A DNA stretch of 64,000 bases from positions 16,616,001 through 16,680,000 of the forward strand of contig CM120641.1 of NCBI GenBank assembly GCA_051362555.1, written 5' to 3'. The stretch comes from Lingula anatina (Eukaryota > Animalia > Brachiopoda). The notes beneath the pieces were generated by a model. The model searched no databases, was not told where the DNA came from, and saw only the letters and a list, made by a program, of their open reading frames with translations. Shown piece by piece: positions 40,530-53,832 of this stretch (its first letter is position 1; every line of letters starts with the position of its first letter). The translations under genes and the position numbers were made by a program.

Positions 40530-41727
40530 TTCATCAAAGACCACTGCAGAATCTCCGATTTGAAACAGAAAAAAATATTAATGAATCTTTTCAAAAGTAT
40601 TGAAAATACAATGAACAGTTAATTAGCTTAACTCAGTGTGAGTGTTTGTTGTTTTACAATATGTATTTGAGACACCTTCCACATTTATGTACCAGAGGTT
40701 GATTTAGGGGGGGGGGTCTGGGGGGTCCTGACTCCCCCGCCTTCGATTGCTGAAAGAAATATCACACCAATGGTCCCTTCTTGAAATTAGAATTTTGACT
40801 AGCTGAATCATAGTTCTAAATCGTACCAAATGGCACCATTCGTCCTCTAAAATACCAACAATTTTCGCACCCCCCCCCCCGTTTTTAACCGTTTTTTATT
40901 TTCATAATTCAGTATTTAACACTTAAAGCATTTTCTCTCACTGCGAATATATGATGATGACAATAATAATGAATTTAAAACGATCTTTCAAGACACGTTT
41001 TAAAAGATCCACTGTAGCGGATCCCACACCAAAACGAACACAAACGGGAAATGGTCACACGTTTATTCACGCACATGCATACACTGACATGGTGAAAAGA
41101 GAAATGTAGGCCTACGTGGCTTTTTCCCGCCCGATGGTGATCCACTGATTTTGCCGAACTGACTACAATAAATCTTGAGACTTGGCGACCTGAGCATTCT
41201 GCTCGTCAGTTACAAACGTGGCCGCGCCCAGAACTACTTCTTGGCCATATATAGGCCTATACTGAACAAATCATTTGCATAACAAAACAAAGATGACTAG
41301 TAATACGGCCGTAAATCGCAACTTGTTGTTGTAAGCGACAAAATCCACACTGCTAAGGAAGTTTTCAGTAGAAAAATACCGGTAGGCATAAATAGGCATA
41401 TCTCTATTTAAAGTCTATTGCCTTCTTAATAAATAAACTAATTAGGGCCTAATCAATTAATTCGTAGTCGATCACATTTTAAATATTAACTGGTAAATTT
41501 GATCTTTGCATTTCCAGCATTTTTCGTCGTCCTTTTTTTTTTACCATGGTCCTTTGGGAGCAAAGCATTCACAAGAAAAGTGAAAACAATCAGAATACTT
41601 TCTCTATCTTTATATCCGGTTATCCATGGGCCAATTCGATTTGGCCAAGAGTTTGTGAGATTTTCATCTTGAGTTAATAAATGGCTGTTTAAAAAAATAT
41701 TTTTATTTATGTATATTGGAAAAACGT

Positions 41728-43376
41728 TCAACCATGCACAGTTTGCCAGATTAATATTATTTCAGCGATGATAATCATGGATCCAATTCCGTGGTCTGCA
41801 CTCCGGTTGATGATAGGCGGAGGTCTTTCTGGAATTAGATGAAAAGAAAATGAATACACTAAATATAATAATATCGTAAACATATTCAACATGTAACATA
41901 ATGAAATATAGTTAATCCTTGTCCCTAAAAGAATCTTATACTTACTTTGTTTTGAGTACACTTATAGAAAAAGATGTTAGAAAAGTGTATTGGATATGAG
42001 TTATGATCAACATGAGACGTTTTGAAAAGATTTTGACAATCTCGTCATTTAATGATAAAATGTTCAATATCACTAATACCTGGGACAGTGACTGTACCTT
42101 CAGTATAGTTACTCCCTGGTCCTATAAACATAGTATTAGTCACAAATAAACAAACTTGGTAGCTACGTGTGCAAGAAGCATTATCCCAGCAGGAAGTCGA
42201 TGTTGACTAACGTTGGATTTTTAATGGATTTGCTTGAGACGTTCATCAACATCATTGATCAACAATTACTGATCTACATTTAATACTTGATATTTATTTA
42301 ATGTCCACAACTAAACACTTAGCAGGGGCGGATTTAGGGCGTCTTCTGGGTCTTCCGGAAGACGGTCAGATTTTCAAGTTTACATTGACGGGTATCTAAT
42401 TCTTTTTGTCGGAAGACGGTCAAAATGGAGGATGGACCAAGAAAGATAAATTGGAAGACTGTCAGAAAATAACCCTGGATCCGCCCCTGCTTAGCACATG
42501 TTAACTCATTTGTATATATAATTTGCATTTAAATATCGACAGTCATTAAAAGCTTAAATTTGAGTTCCGTCTACGTTATTTTCAAAATTAATAGCATAAG
42601 CATAATAATATACATTTATGATAAGTAGTGAATCCCAATCAGGTACCAAAACCAAGCCATATAGGCCTACACGCGCGAGCAAAAAAAAAAAAAAAAAAAA
42701 AAATTACCGGGAACAGTGACGCTGCCTGCTGTATAGTTCCTCCCTGACCCTAAAGAGAGAGATTTATATATAATAGTCATTTATATACAAACTTGCCAAC
42801 AAGCATTGCGCATTTGAATAAATCCATGGGGTGGGGGGTTAGATACAAAACTTGTCATTCAAAATTATAATGCATCCTTTTTAACATAACAATATTACGA
42901 AAAATCAATTTTAAGGAAATCTTCCAAAATAATGTGCATTATACAAGATAGTGTGGTCTAAGTGCAAAATGGATATATCAATTTGAAAGCTAAGTCTAGA
43001 TGTGAATGAAAAACACTTACAAGGACATATGCTACACATGTTCGGGCACTCCAAGGGTGCATTTTGTGTACCGCACGCGCTTCGCGTATAATGACTCTCG
43101 CAATACCACTCATCTTGGGCTAGGTTGCAGTCAACTATAATAAGGGAATATGACATTTAAAGCACAATGTAAGCAACATTTACATACCCTTACTATTTGC
43201 TTCACATAGTCTTTTTGTATTTGGCAAGGAGACTGGATACTTTTTATAACCAATTTAAGAACCAATGGATGCACCACGATGTACATATGTAGGCTACAAT
43301 GTAGGCCTACATATGATATACACAATGTCAAAATACAAAACGTCTGAACCATTTATCATAAACATCCGTGAGAATG

Positions 43377-43411
<35 letters not shown>

Positions 43412-46400
43412 TAATAATGAGAAGAACAATAATAATAATAACAATAATTATTATTATTATTCACACTTACTACTCATCCAGCACTTACGTTCACACTGGT
43501 GCCCAACGTGGAAGTTCTTGAAACACGAACAGCTGCACGTATTCAGATCAAGTATGCCCCCGTTATAACACACTATTCCACCGCAGTCTGAAATAGAAGT
43601 GATCTTCTTTTCACAAAAAAGGAATAAATTAGGAACATGTCTCATAAGTGCCTCACAAGTGCCTCATTGATTAAATTTCTCTTGTTTTTCCCCTAAGTTT
43701 CTATATAAACTTTGACTTTCTTAATGTCAACAAAACTGTATGAAGAAAAATGGACCCCAAACACGAGCAAATATCTCAAGTTCTAAAGTTTTTAAGATAA
43801 TCAGCCGTGTGTGTCACTGTTTGTGTATAGCCGCGCGCGCGCACGTGTGTGTATATGTGTCCCATCATTTGTTTCATGTCGTGGGTTTCAAATCTGTAAG
43901 GGGGTGGTTGTTATCTGAATGATTCAAACGACGTAACACAAGAGTATATCAGAGGGGTAAAACAATCGTCTCCCCCTCCAACCCAAGAGTCTTCCCTGCA
44001 AGGGAAGTTTGAAAAATATGTTGCAATTTTTAGCATGTTGCAGTGGGCTTTGCAGTACCTGTGCGAGCTTCAGATCAGTCCTTTTTTGTCTTGAAGTATA
44101 GTTTAATGAAAAGAAAGCCATGTATCTTGGGGTACAGAGACCTTTTCTTGACAAGGACGGGGGGAGGCACAACCTTTCTCACATCTCGGACAGTGTTATA
44201 TATAGCGAACAGTTCTCAATAACTGTTCACTATACACTGTCCCGTAACTTCAGTGTGACTGATGAAGCCCCACGTGTTGGGACGAAAGATTTCAGGTACG
44301 CTTTCAGCTTATTGTGTAGAAATTGAACAGTTATAAATTTCATCATCATGACTCGAGTGTTTGATATAAAGTAAGAAAAGTAAGACATAATATACAAATC
44401 GTACCGCATAACCCGTCGTTGCATGTCAAGTTGCAGCCTCCGCATTTCTCGCCTACATTGTATGGTGTCAACGTTCCTGCCACGTTTCCACTGAAAAAGA
44501 TTAATCCTCTATTTCTGTACATAGATGCTAAGGGCAGAGCTGCTACAATTAGAACCTGCAACACACGCAGTAATTCTGCACGCTTGTTTATTACTGATTC
44601 GTTCTTTACTTCGTAAGTTAATTAGTCTGTTTACCATTTCGTTGTTCGTCCATTGAATTTTGAGTCTATTAATTAGTTATTCATTTAAATAAAAGTACAC
44701 CTTTATACTTATGTTTTTTGGTTTGTTTTTATTCATTCATCTTTCTTTATTTATATTCTTATTAATAATTTCATTATTTCCTAAATCCATTCAGTTATTT
44801 GGTTTACCTTGGTCCATAGTTGCACACGTAAAATTTCCATTGGTTTCCACTGGCGCCCTTACACACGGCAAATGCACAGCCCACAAGACTACTACCAGAC
44901 CAAACGAGCTGGGGGAAAAATACACTGTTACAGTAATGGTTTAAAGTTGTGCTCTGAAAAGACTGAATTTCATATCTCACATATGACACTATTAGCATTT
45001 TATGCTCCAAATGCAAGTTCTTTTTATAAACATATGTATTCTGGAGCCATGATGAAATTCAAATGTAAATCAATTTTCTTGGGATAATACAAAATTCCAC
45101 GCAAAGGGGAGCCAAAGGCAAATATTTCTCCCTCCAATTTTCATATGTAACTAGGATGCGTGTCCATTAATTAGATGAAATATATCTATCAATACCTGAG
45201 TGAAGTGACCGACATCCTCAAATTTTACCGAAGAATCGTTATATCTGAAATCCTTGCTTTCATTAAACCATCCAGAGATGCAATTTTCCCAACTTGTGTA
45301 ATCTATTCCGAGATTCTGCCCAACGCTGAATCTACCTAAAAATGTTGGGATATTATAGTTAGTACAAGTTACTAATCAATGTTCAAAAGGCATAATTGCG
45401 CTGTAGGCATAATTGCGTTGTTACTGACATAATTGCATGGCAACAAAGAAACGCGTGTCCACAGGACTGCTCAAATTATTTTGTATTTAACATCACATAC
45501 ATGTAAATATACCATGTGCAGGAAAAGTTAAAAATTACCAATTCTATAAAAGTTTCAACTCTCAAAACCCCAAAGAAGCATCTTTTTAAAATTATAAAAT
45601 GCAGAAACACACAAAATATGTTTCTGCGTTATATCACATCATGTTGTTTATATGGGATCTATTCATTACATGACATTCATAATGTTTTGTGGAAAAAAAT
45701 TCTTTTGACAGTCCTACCCGGTATTCGCCGCAGAATGCCGTCTTCATGATCGCTGATGCACTGCTTAGCCCATCCTTCGGCCACACGCTCCAGCTCATCA
45801 TCCCATACCTTGGATCATGCAACGAATCATACAAACAGCATTTTTATTTTTATTCATTTCATTGTGATAGTTATGAACGATGAGTGCATCGTCTGTCATT
45901 CTGCTACAGCTGTACTACACCGAGCGAAAGAAATAAGATTATGAAATAGGGCAGCTAAAAGTGTACTTAAAAAGGAACTGACTTTACTGTTCTGAAGGAG
46001 ACATGAAAATTAATTACAGTAGTAAAAAAAATTACCATCATTTGCATATCACTAGCGTGTTTTATCTGCCTTCTATACTTGTTGTGTTGATCTACGATTA
46101 ACATTTTATCCTCAGCTGAAACTCCTAAAACCATAGATGATAAGGATTCGAGTATTTACAGTGCAGTTATGATGGTATGTCGAGCTAAGTAGGTCCTTTA
46201 ACAGATAATGTTCAAAAAGATTTAATCTCAGCACTTTCAAATTGCAGTTGACATAAAGCAATATTGAATGTAGTAATATAGATTTATCATTATGATTTCG
46301 TTTTCTTTCATGCACGAATTCATTGCTTTCCCCAAAATAGCTCTTAGTCGGTACAAAATGTAATAGTGCAACTTTAATGCTGTTTTGCAATTATGCAAAT

Positions 46401-48208
46401 ACTTCACTAAATCTTATCTTCGAAAGAGCACACCTTATCTTCACATAAACATACAAAACACCAGGCCAAATTACTCTTATTTTGATATTTTTCACCAAAG
46501 TGACTTTACCTCCACTGATGAACTTTTCGGATGGTTCAAGACACGCTGAATGACCTGGGAAAGCATTGAATTTGTCTTCACAACTTGTAGGCTGAAAAAC
46601 AGCATGATTTATCTAAATTACCACCATGTACAACTGTAGCACACATTTGGAACCGACGGGAGGGTCAATGAAAAAGGGGCACATCAGATTTTTGCATCGT
46701 GATACAAAAGGCAATTTTTCTTTCTTTCTTTCTTTTTATGATACTCAGTCTGATAATGTAGTACATGTAACAGAACTCAGTCGGATAATGTAGTACAATG
46801 GCTATCTTTAGTTTGGAACAAAGTATAAACTCTTGATTTCTCACAGTGGCGTGTCCCCTCCCGTGCTTGCGTGTACGTTCCTTATGGAACGCGTGTTTGC
46901 TAGCAGATGTGCGAGTGTGAGGCAGATGTTTTTTGTTTACTTTTTTTCTCAAATTCCGCCGACCTCAAAATGGCCAAAATAGAAAATGAAATTAAGCTCA
47001 AGTATAATATAATTTTTTTACCGACTTCCGAAGACTTACGAGTTTCACGGTTCTCACACGTCGCGTGACTGTATATAAGTTCAGCACGAAGGCCATTAAG
47101 CTCAGTTTTGTTACTTTTTTGAAGTAACAAATTGTTTCTATTAGCAAAATCAGGGTGTTCCCAGCAAACACAGATCGTTATTATAACGTTATCATAACGT
47201 TTTTGGGTTATATAAACGTTGTGGTAACGTAAATAATGAAATCACTTTGTATTAATAAGATCAATATATCCATATAGGCCATAGTGTTTTTATTTTCAGA
47301 AAGGTATTTGGTGTGATTACGCAGTATGCCACGTATTTTCGACAAATAAAACACTTCATTGAACAAGAATGACTGTTTACCGTTTTAAGATATGACATAT
47401 TAAGTTAAAATGGGTGTTGAAGTAGTTTAAGATATTTTTCAAATAGTGACAAAGGTCTTTATTTTGAAAAAAATTCACTTTCCCCCTCCAACCTTTGATG
47501 AAAATAGATATTGTTTGAGAAACAAGTAATTAAAAAACACCTGCCTGATACTGAGTTTCCAGTGCAATATAAAGATACACGTGCACTGCTCAATTATACA
47601 ACAATCATACATAGCTCACGATAACCCAGCAACTAACACCTCTCCGAGTGTTAGCTCCGGCTTTTATCTTCTTCCGCAGCATGATGTGAGAAACAACGGA
47701 ACAAGTTCCTAATTATAGGAAAAATGTACTTACTCTTTTTGCAGTTGTTGTGCTGCATATTCCGACTGGAATTATGAACAAGATATTTTAGTAATATAAA
47801 ATCTATATGTATAATATATACAGCTATTGAATAAGGGCCTCTATAACTGTTTTATGCAATGTGAAAGAAAAGAAACTCAAAATTATACGTTTTTTAAACA
47901 AGTTACATGTATTATAATATTGAAATATTTTGACACTGTCCTCTCTAATAGAACACACCTGCGTTTTTATAATCTGTGTATTAGGTATAGTGATAAACGC
48001 AATAATACATTGTGAGTTTTGCTGATAAATCACCATAAAAGATTACGGCGAATACCGTTAATTATTGATAAAACATAGTGCACTTTTAATGTACTTTCAA
48101 ACACTTATCTATGACATGATATGAACATATGAATTTTTGATTTTCCCAAAACTCACCTTTGGAAGCTAAAAGCATTAAGCAAAACACCAATGTCAGTAAA
48201 ACTTCCAT
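41728..48208 (-). CDS. Secreted CAP/SCP (CRISP; Tex31/Mr30-like) protein with EGF and ShK-like domains and a GPI-type tail, ~356 aa
   Basis: Exons 48208-48157 (signal MEVLLTLVFCLMLLASK), 47765-47734, 46591-46510, 46124-46036 (QHNKYRR), 45808-45718 (WDDELERVAEGWAKQC), 45335-45196 (GQNL...GHFTQ), 44908-44808 (LVW...VGC...YVCNYGP), 44490-44405 (hinge), 43587-43489 (EGF, CYNGGILDLNTCSCSC), 43134-43021 (CPNMCSIC), 42749-42708, 42121-42080, 41828-41728 (hydrophobic tail). All phases are consistent, 1071 nt in total. Confidence 0.9.
42323..42489. mobile_element. MITE with hAT-like TIRs
   Basis: TIR CAGGGGCGGAT / ATCCGCCCCTG, 5-bp direct flank CTTAG, internal GGAAGACGGTCA repeats. Confidence 0.75.
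43379..43460. repeat. (AAT)n/(ATT)n microsatellite
   Basis: Seen directly in the sequence. Confidence 0.9.
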
Positions 48209-48887
48209 TTTCGCCATATAAATGCTGCAGTAAAATACCAGTTGTAGGTGCCGGTAGTGATGGCCACGATATGACTTGTTGAATTACGGGACAGGTCGAA
48301 TTTTCTTTTTGTATTGCCATTATTTGCTGAAGTATTTCAGAACTGAGATAGGTTTGTTAAGCCTTACTGATCGTGCCAAAGAGACCACACCAATCTGAAT
48401 TAGGGAAAAGATAAGACTTTCTGGTGAGGAAAAATAACGTGACCGTAAAGCTTAAATTACACTGTCGTGTTTGAGAAAGGGATCATCATTCAATTTAGCT
48501 CAATTAGACTTTATACCACAGCAACTGGCAGACCCAAGATTTTGCTAAGGAGAGGAGTGGGACAAGAATGAATGTCTTTGTCTCGCTTGGGAGGTTTGAA
48601 AATATTTTAAATCAAATAGACCCTATACAATTAAAATACACTCTGCTGTTAATTAGTTCATAAAGAATTCATTACAGGCAGAAACTTAGATCATACAGAA
48701 AAATAATATGACAAGCCTGACGATGTCAAATCTTGGGGTTCAGTTTCTTTGATGTTTTGTCTCCGAGGAAACAATGCACATGTCAATTCAAATACGATAA
48801 GTTACTAGTTGACAGCACGTATTTTCTTTTCCGATAAAATGCCGGTCTATGTCGCATATATATATTGAACATGTATAATACCATTCC

Positions 48888-49557
48888 TTTTTATATACAG
48901 ACACTGTAAGTGTCTTTATACAGTATATTCTGATAGGTCTGGCTGTCAGCGTCGTCGCTGTCACCGTCGCTATCGCTGTCCGACATGACGTTAGCCCCAT
49001 AACTTCCAAACCGTATTTTTGTTTTACTTTAAATTTACCGAGTGGCTTTGTTTGGTAAAGAGGCAGGTTGATTGCGAAAATAAAGCATGATCGGTTTACA
49101 TTTACGGTAAGTATTTTTTTTTTTTTGGCATAATTTTGGTGAAGTTCGCCCCATAACTTCCAAACCGTATTTTTTTGTTTTAATTTAAATTTACAGATTG
49201 GCTTTGTTTGGTAAAGAGGCAGGTTGCTTTCGAAGATCAGCATTATCAGTGTACATTGACGGTGATTATTCTGATTTTTTTATGTGTGAAACTTTCATTT
49301 TTCACACATTAGCATTTTTAGTGACTTTTATATCACATAGAATTGAACCACTTGCTAGTTTTTCAATGTCCATGTTACCTGGAGGGTAAGAGGGTAAGTT
49401 TGATTTTGCTATTTTAGAGCATTATGTAACAGTGCACCAAAGTTGGCCAATACATTATTTTGCGCCCTTTTTTCTGCATAATGTCTGAACACTTGACAGC
49501 TTTGCATTTTTGTTTCCTGTATGGTGTCTGTATATTTGTCAGCTTTGCTATCTAGTT
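48888..49557 (-). mobile_element. Second Helentron-type non-autonomous subfamily
   Basis: 5' end AACTAGATAGCAAAGCTGACAAATATACAGACAC, two ~155-bp core repeats, a GACAGC/GACGGT tract and the terminal hairpin TATAAAGACACTTACAGTGTCTGTATA. Confidence 0.7.
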
Positions 49558-50378
49558 ATTACTTGTGATCATTTTTTAGCCTTTAAAATGTATTCGTCAA
49601 ATATGATAAAAAGATAATACTCGTTGTAAATGCGCGTCACTTTATATGGCTGTTACTTTATATAGGCCCTTAACTCAAGCACGTCCGCTCGAACAGCAAA
49701 GCACAGTAAACCCCTTTCTCACGAAAATATTATCTTGATATTGTTGTATTTTTGCTAACTGGCCACTATGGTGATGTTTTTTCTTTTTTTTTTTTTGTGA
49801 GAAAGGAGTTTATAAGTAAAATATATACCAGTCTTTTTTCACAATTCTGTTGTCATGGAAAAATCCACCAAGCTGTTTTTGTGAATAGAGCGGATATTTA
49901 GATATTTTATGTCGACCATTCACAAATGAATGAAAAAATGTCTTTAATTTTGAAGTGTATGGGACACTTGTTTCTTAGATTCAAAACTATCCATGTGAAA
50001 TGTTCACATACTTTTTCACAATTTTCTTGCCATGGCACTTATAGTCTTTGTGAATTGGCCCTTTCATTTTATTTCTTTGGGAATATCAGTTAATGTTATA
50101 TGCCAAACTCATCTTTTTGACGTTGATTTGACGAATCAACTCTTGGTAGCGGATATTTGAATATTTCATGTTGATCATTCTTAAATAAAAGAAAAAATGG
50201 TTCTTGATTTCTAGGTGTGTGTGTAATATTCACCAGTATGTCGCAAACGGATAATGCATTTATTAGACTTGATATGACCTAAAATACAAAGTACATTACA
50301 TTTCTGAATCTGCGACTTAATTTGACAGTTAAAATTTCATGATTTTTAGGCGCGGCACATTCTTGGAATAAGACATTT

Positions 50379-51478
50379 TCAATAGAAGAAATATTTTTGT
50401 TGGTGAGGAAGTTTGAACTTCCCTTTCCATTTCTTCTGACTATAAGAACGTAATGTCAGTTCAGTGCCGGTACATTCTTGATCCATGGCTGACAAAAGGC
50501 AATCTAATTCCGAGATGATGATAAGGCCAGTTAGATCGATGTCTCTATTTTGAATAGAAAGATAACTACAAGTGTCATTCAAAGAGAGAAGATGGTGGAC
50601 CTGGTTTATTCTGTGCGAAAAACGTGCTGCAGGCCTCCCAGTGAAAAGACCCCTCAGTTTGCAGAGGAGACTGCGCATGTACGTGAAAATGAACCTGTCC
50701 AGTTGCTCGTCAAACGGGCTTTCGGTGCGTCTTGAGCACGAAGTTTCTACACGATGAAGCAGACCGAACTTAACAGTCATTTCTTGTAGATAAAAGTAGA
50801 TCGTCAACAGTTTCGTTTGTACCTACAACGAAAAAATCATATGAATAATGTGGTCATATCTAGCGAACTTGCGACGACAAGAAACGTAAAAGATGCCGGT
50901 GTCAGAAAAATTATTTAAGGTTCTTTGATGCCAAAGAGCAATCTTTAGTATAATTCGAGACATACGGCGAAGATCCTTATCTTTGCCAAGCACTTGTGAG
51001 TGAACTTTTTCTAGCTGCTCTTATGCAATTTTTTTATTTCTTATTATTTCAACATTTCATTATTATTTTTGTTATATAATCTTATTCCAGACTATTTTAA
51101 TTAAAATTACTGTCACCCAATATCTCGGCGGAAACAAGTTTTTTTCTTCAACCCTTTTTATTTTATTAAAACAATTAACTGTCAGAAACCTTACTAACAT
51201 ACACTCACAGATTTATAACAGGTCTAATTTCGTTAAAAAACTGAAGTGAATTTCAGACTTACACTGTCCTCATCTAGTTGGTCTGTAACGCATTTGCAGT
51301 TACGACAAAAATCCAGACGGGAGTGAGTCCACCTGTGTAAGATGGCACGGATTTCTTCTGTCTCACGAGTGCAACCGGGACTAGCACCACGGAAGTGGAA
51401 TCCTAACCGTCGACACTGCAGTCATAAAGGCAAAAATTATTAGCAGTAATTGGCATCCCCTCACAGAGGGTGTGTCGC

Positions 51479-51519
<41 letters not shown>

Positions 51520-53185
51520 AATATATACTCAATATGTCTGTGTCTGTGGATATCAATTCGGGTGCATCGTTTGATATACTGCCAACACCTTGATATAAAT
51601 CAAACTTACGTAGCCATTAAGCAGGCCCTGGAGCTGTCTTCTTGCCTCCTTCACATCGTGTCCTAACTCTTGAATGGCAGAAATGTCATCACTCACGTGA
51701 ATGGAAGAGAAGTCAACTGGAAGGACAAAACAGAATATGACAAATTCAATTTCCTTTCCCACACCTCTTTCTAACATCCACGCCCTCATTATCCTTCAAC
51801 ACGATACTCTATTCTAATAATCAAGCTTCATGAAGAAGAAAAACATCATAAATATCATTGACACACTCTTTAAGAAATCTGAATCTCAGTTCAAATTATA
51901 TGCCGCGGGTTATGTGTGCGCGGGGATTGCAACGGCGTGTCTCGGCATAGTCAATACTCACACCGATTTTTGGTTTTTCTCCCCTGAATAATTTTTATTG
52001 CGCACATACGGACTACAATAATGAATATTCCACACACACAAAAAAGCATAACTTCAAGAAAAAAGAATCCAGTCAGGCTGTTTTTAAATATTAGCTGTAT
52101 TTCAGTGCTGGTAATCATTCTTGTAAATTTAAGAATTAGAAGTAACACCAATTTTATGGTGTTAGCGACGCCGACGCCAACTGGCGCAGCAGGTGGATAC
52201 ATGTATATGTACAGAAACACATAGACACGCAGTGGCTCTTTATATACGTTGAACTACTCCATTGTAATATACATGTGCTGTCCATCCTTTACTATTCAAG
52301 TACTTCAATCTGCGGCAGAGCTACATTAGTTCCCTGAATGTATTATTATTATCCAACATTATTCTGTTCGAAATGCTCTACTCGAAGAAAGGGAAATATT
52401 CTTGGAGATTCAGACATAGTATATTTCTTAGTTTGTCTTAGTTTATGATAGCGATTGCTTCCATGGCGTTAGACATGTAAAACAAAGATATACCATCCAT
52501 CATTTTTTTTCAATAATTTAAAGATATTCACCTTTTGGTCGCTTGGAGTTAGGATAATTCTGATTCTTCCTGATAATTCACATCCAGCAAAACTTGAGAG
52601 ATCTTATCATTCCTTGTTTTGACTGACTGAGATTCTGGCTTTTTCCTCAAGCTTGACAGTGAACTATCACCACACACGGTAACCAAACTACACATAAAAT
52701 GTAACAGTGATAGTGCTTACATAAGAGGAATAGATTTTTCAATCCTAAAAACATAAGAGGAAGCATATTACAAACTATGGACCCTTTAATTGTCGATGAT
52801 GAAACTCCTGTTAAGGCGTTTTGTCTGCCATTTTGAAAATCGTCATTTCACTAACCTAAAATTTTTTGTGAAAAAAATTATTGTCACATGCGTGTTTAGC
52901 ACCAATTTGTAGGAGGAAAACTTAACTTGAAGCGCACAATAAAAAACTAAAACAATCATTTAATGAAAACAATGGCAATGTTATCTTTGGCAGCTTATTA
53001 AGCCCATAAGAAAATCGTGATCATACCTGCCATCCTGTTACTTCAAATCTAGAAATCCAGGAAGTTGCATGACAGTAACATTAGCACTTTCTATCAGGCA
53101 TCAACGATCCTCTTATTTTTCGTGATTACGCGCTGGACCTCTGTGGTGCAATGTAAGAGGAAACCTTACCTCGTGAGTAAATCAT
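50379..53185 (-). CDS. Putative secreted long-chain four-helix cytokine-like gene A (exon 2 has two in-frame TGA; possibly pseudogenised)
   Basis: Exons 53185-53170 (MIYSRG), 52744-52532 (hydrophobic YILCVVWLPCVVIVHCQA, then 2 TGA), 51716-51610 (ISAIQELGHDVKEARRQLQGLLNGY), 51415-51263 (Cys-rich loop), 50822-50379 (LLTIYFYLQEMTVKFGLLHRVE...FDEQLDRFIFTYMRSLLCKLRGL...DLTGLIIISELDCLLSAM). Good GT-AG sites, phases 1,1,0,0. Exons 3-5 are open. The fold call is inference. Confidence 0.6.
51955..52250 (+). mobile_element. Degenerate Helentron-type element fragment
   Basis: AAAAAAGCATAACTTC core-like motif, GCGACGCCGACGCC tract and ATGTACAGAAACAC end resemble the 19-22 kb family. Confidence 0.45.
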
Positions 53186-53264
53186 ATGCCTTGAGACAGT
53201 AGTTGGATGATATGATAGTAAGGGTACTTCAGCACAAGTTAGAATTTTTCTCGCCGTTACCTTA

Positions 53265-53832
53265 TGCCCCTATTTCACACAGACCACGAATCCCACGAAT
53301 AGCCAGGAATTGACAAATTTCAGGATTCCTGGTTGAATCGTATTCAGTTCGTGAAGTTCTTAACAGATTCGTATATATTCGTAGTCAGTTCTTGCAATTC
53401 TTGACCAACAGGAATTCGTGGCAAAAACTTTAATGCCCCTATTTCACACAGACCACGAATCGCCAGGAATTGACAAATTTCAGGATTCGTGGTTGAATCG
53501 TAATCAGTTCGTGAAGTTCTTTACAGATTCGTACATAATCGTAGTCAGTTCTTGCAATTCTTGATCAATCGGGAATTCGTGGCAAAAATTATGAGCTGGT
53601 CAAAATTTTGGCCACGAACTACCGATTCCAAAAAAATGGTAGTGAATTCTTGACAATATTCGTGCGATTCCAGCCGAATCCCACGAATATTCGTGACACT
53701 ATCGCACCTGTATCGTAACTGAATCGTAGAGCGTGTCGAATAAGGCCAGAAAATTTGTAACATCTCACGAATCCTGAAATTTGTCAATTCCTGGCGATTC
53801 GTGGGATTCGTGGTCTGTGTGAAATAGGGGCA
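53265..53832. mobile_element. PIF/Harbinger-type MITE with duplicated left arm
   Basis: About 60-bp TIR TGCCCCTATTTCACACAGACCACGAATC... / ...GATTCGTGGTCTGTGTGAAATAGGGGCA. The left arm occurs twice (53265 and 53434). Outer TSD TTA/TTA. Confidence 0.85.

Noticed and set aside
53053-53172. Plus-strand exon-like stretch with a hydrophobic segment ending in GTGAGT
   Set aside because: No ATG or partner exons were found on the plus strand. The minus-strand MIYSRG exon explains the site better.
53265-53832. Regularly recurring CACGAAT/ATTCGTG motifs as a CRISPR-like array
   Set aside because: Eukaryotic context, no constant repeat-spacer period, and fully explained by MITE arms.
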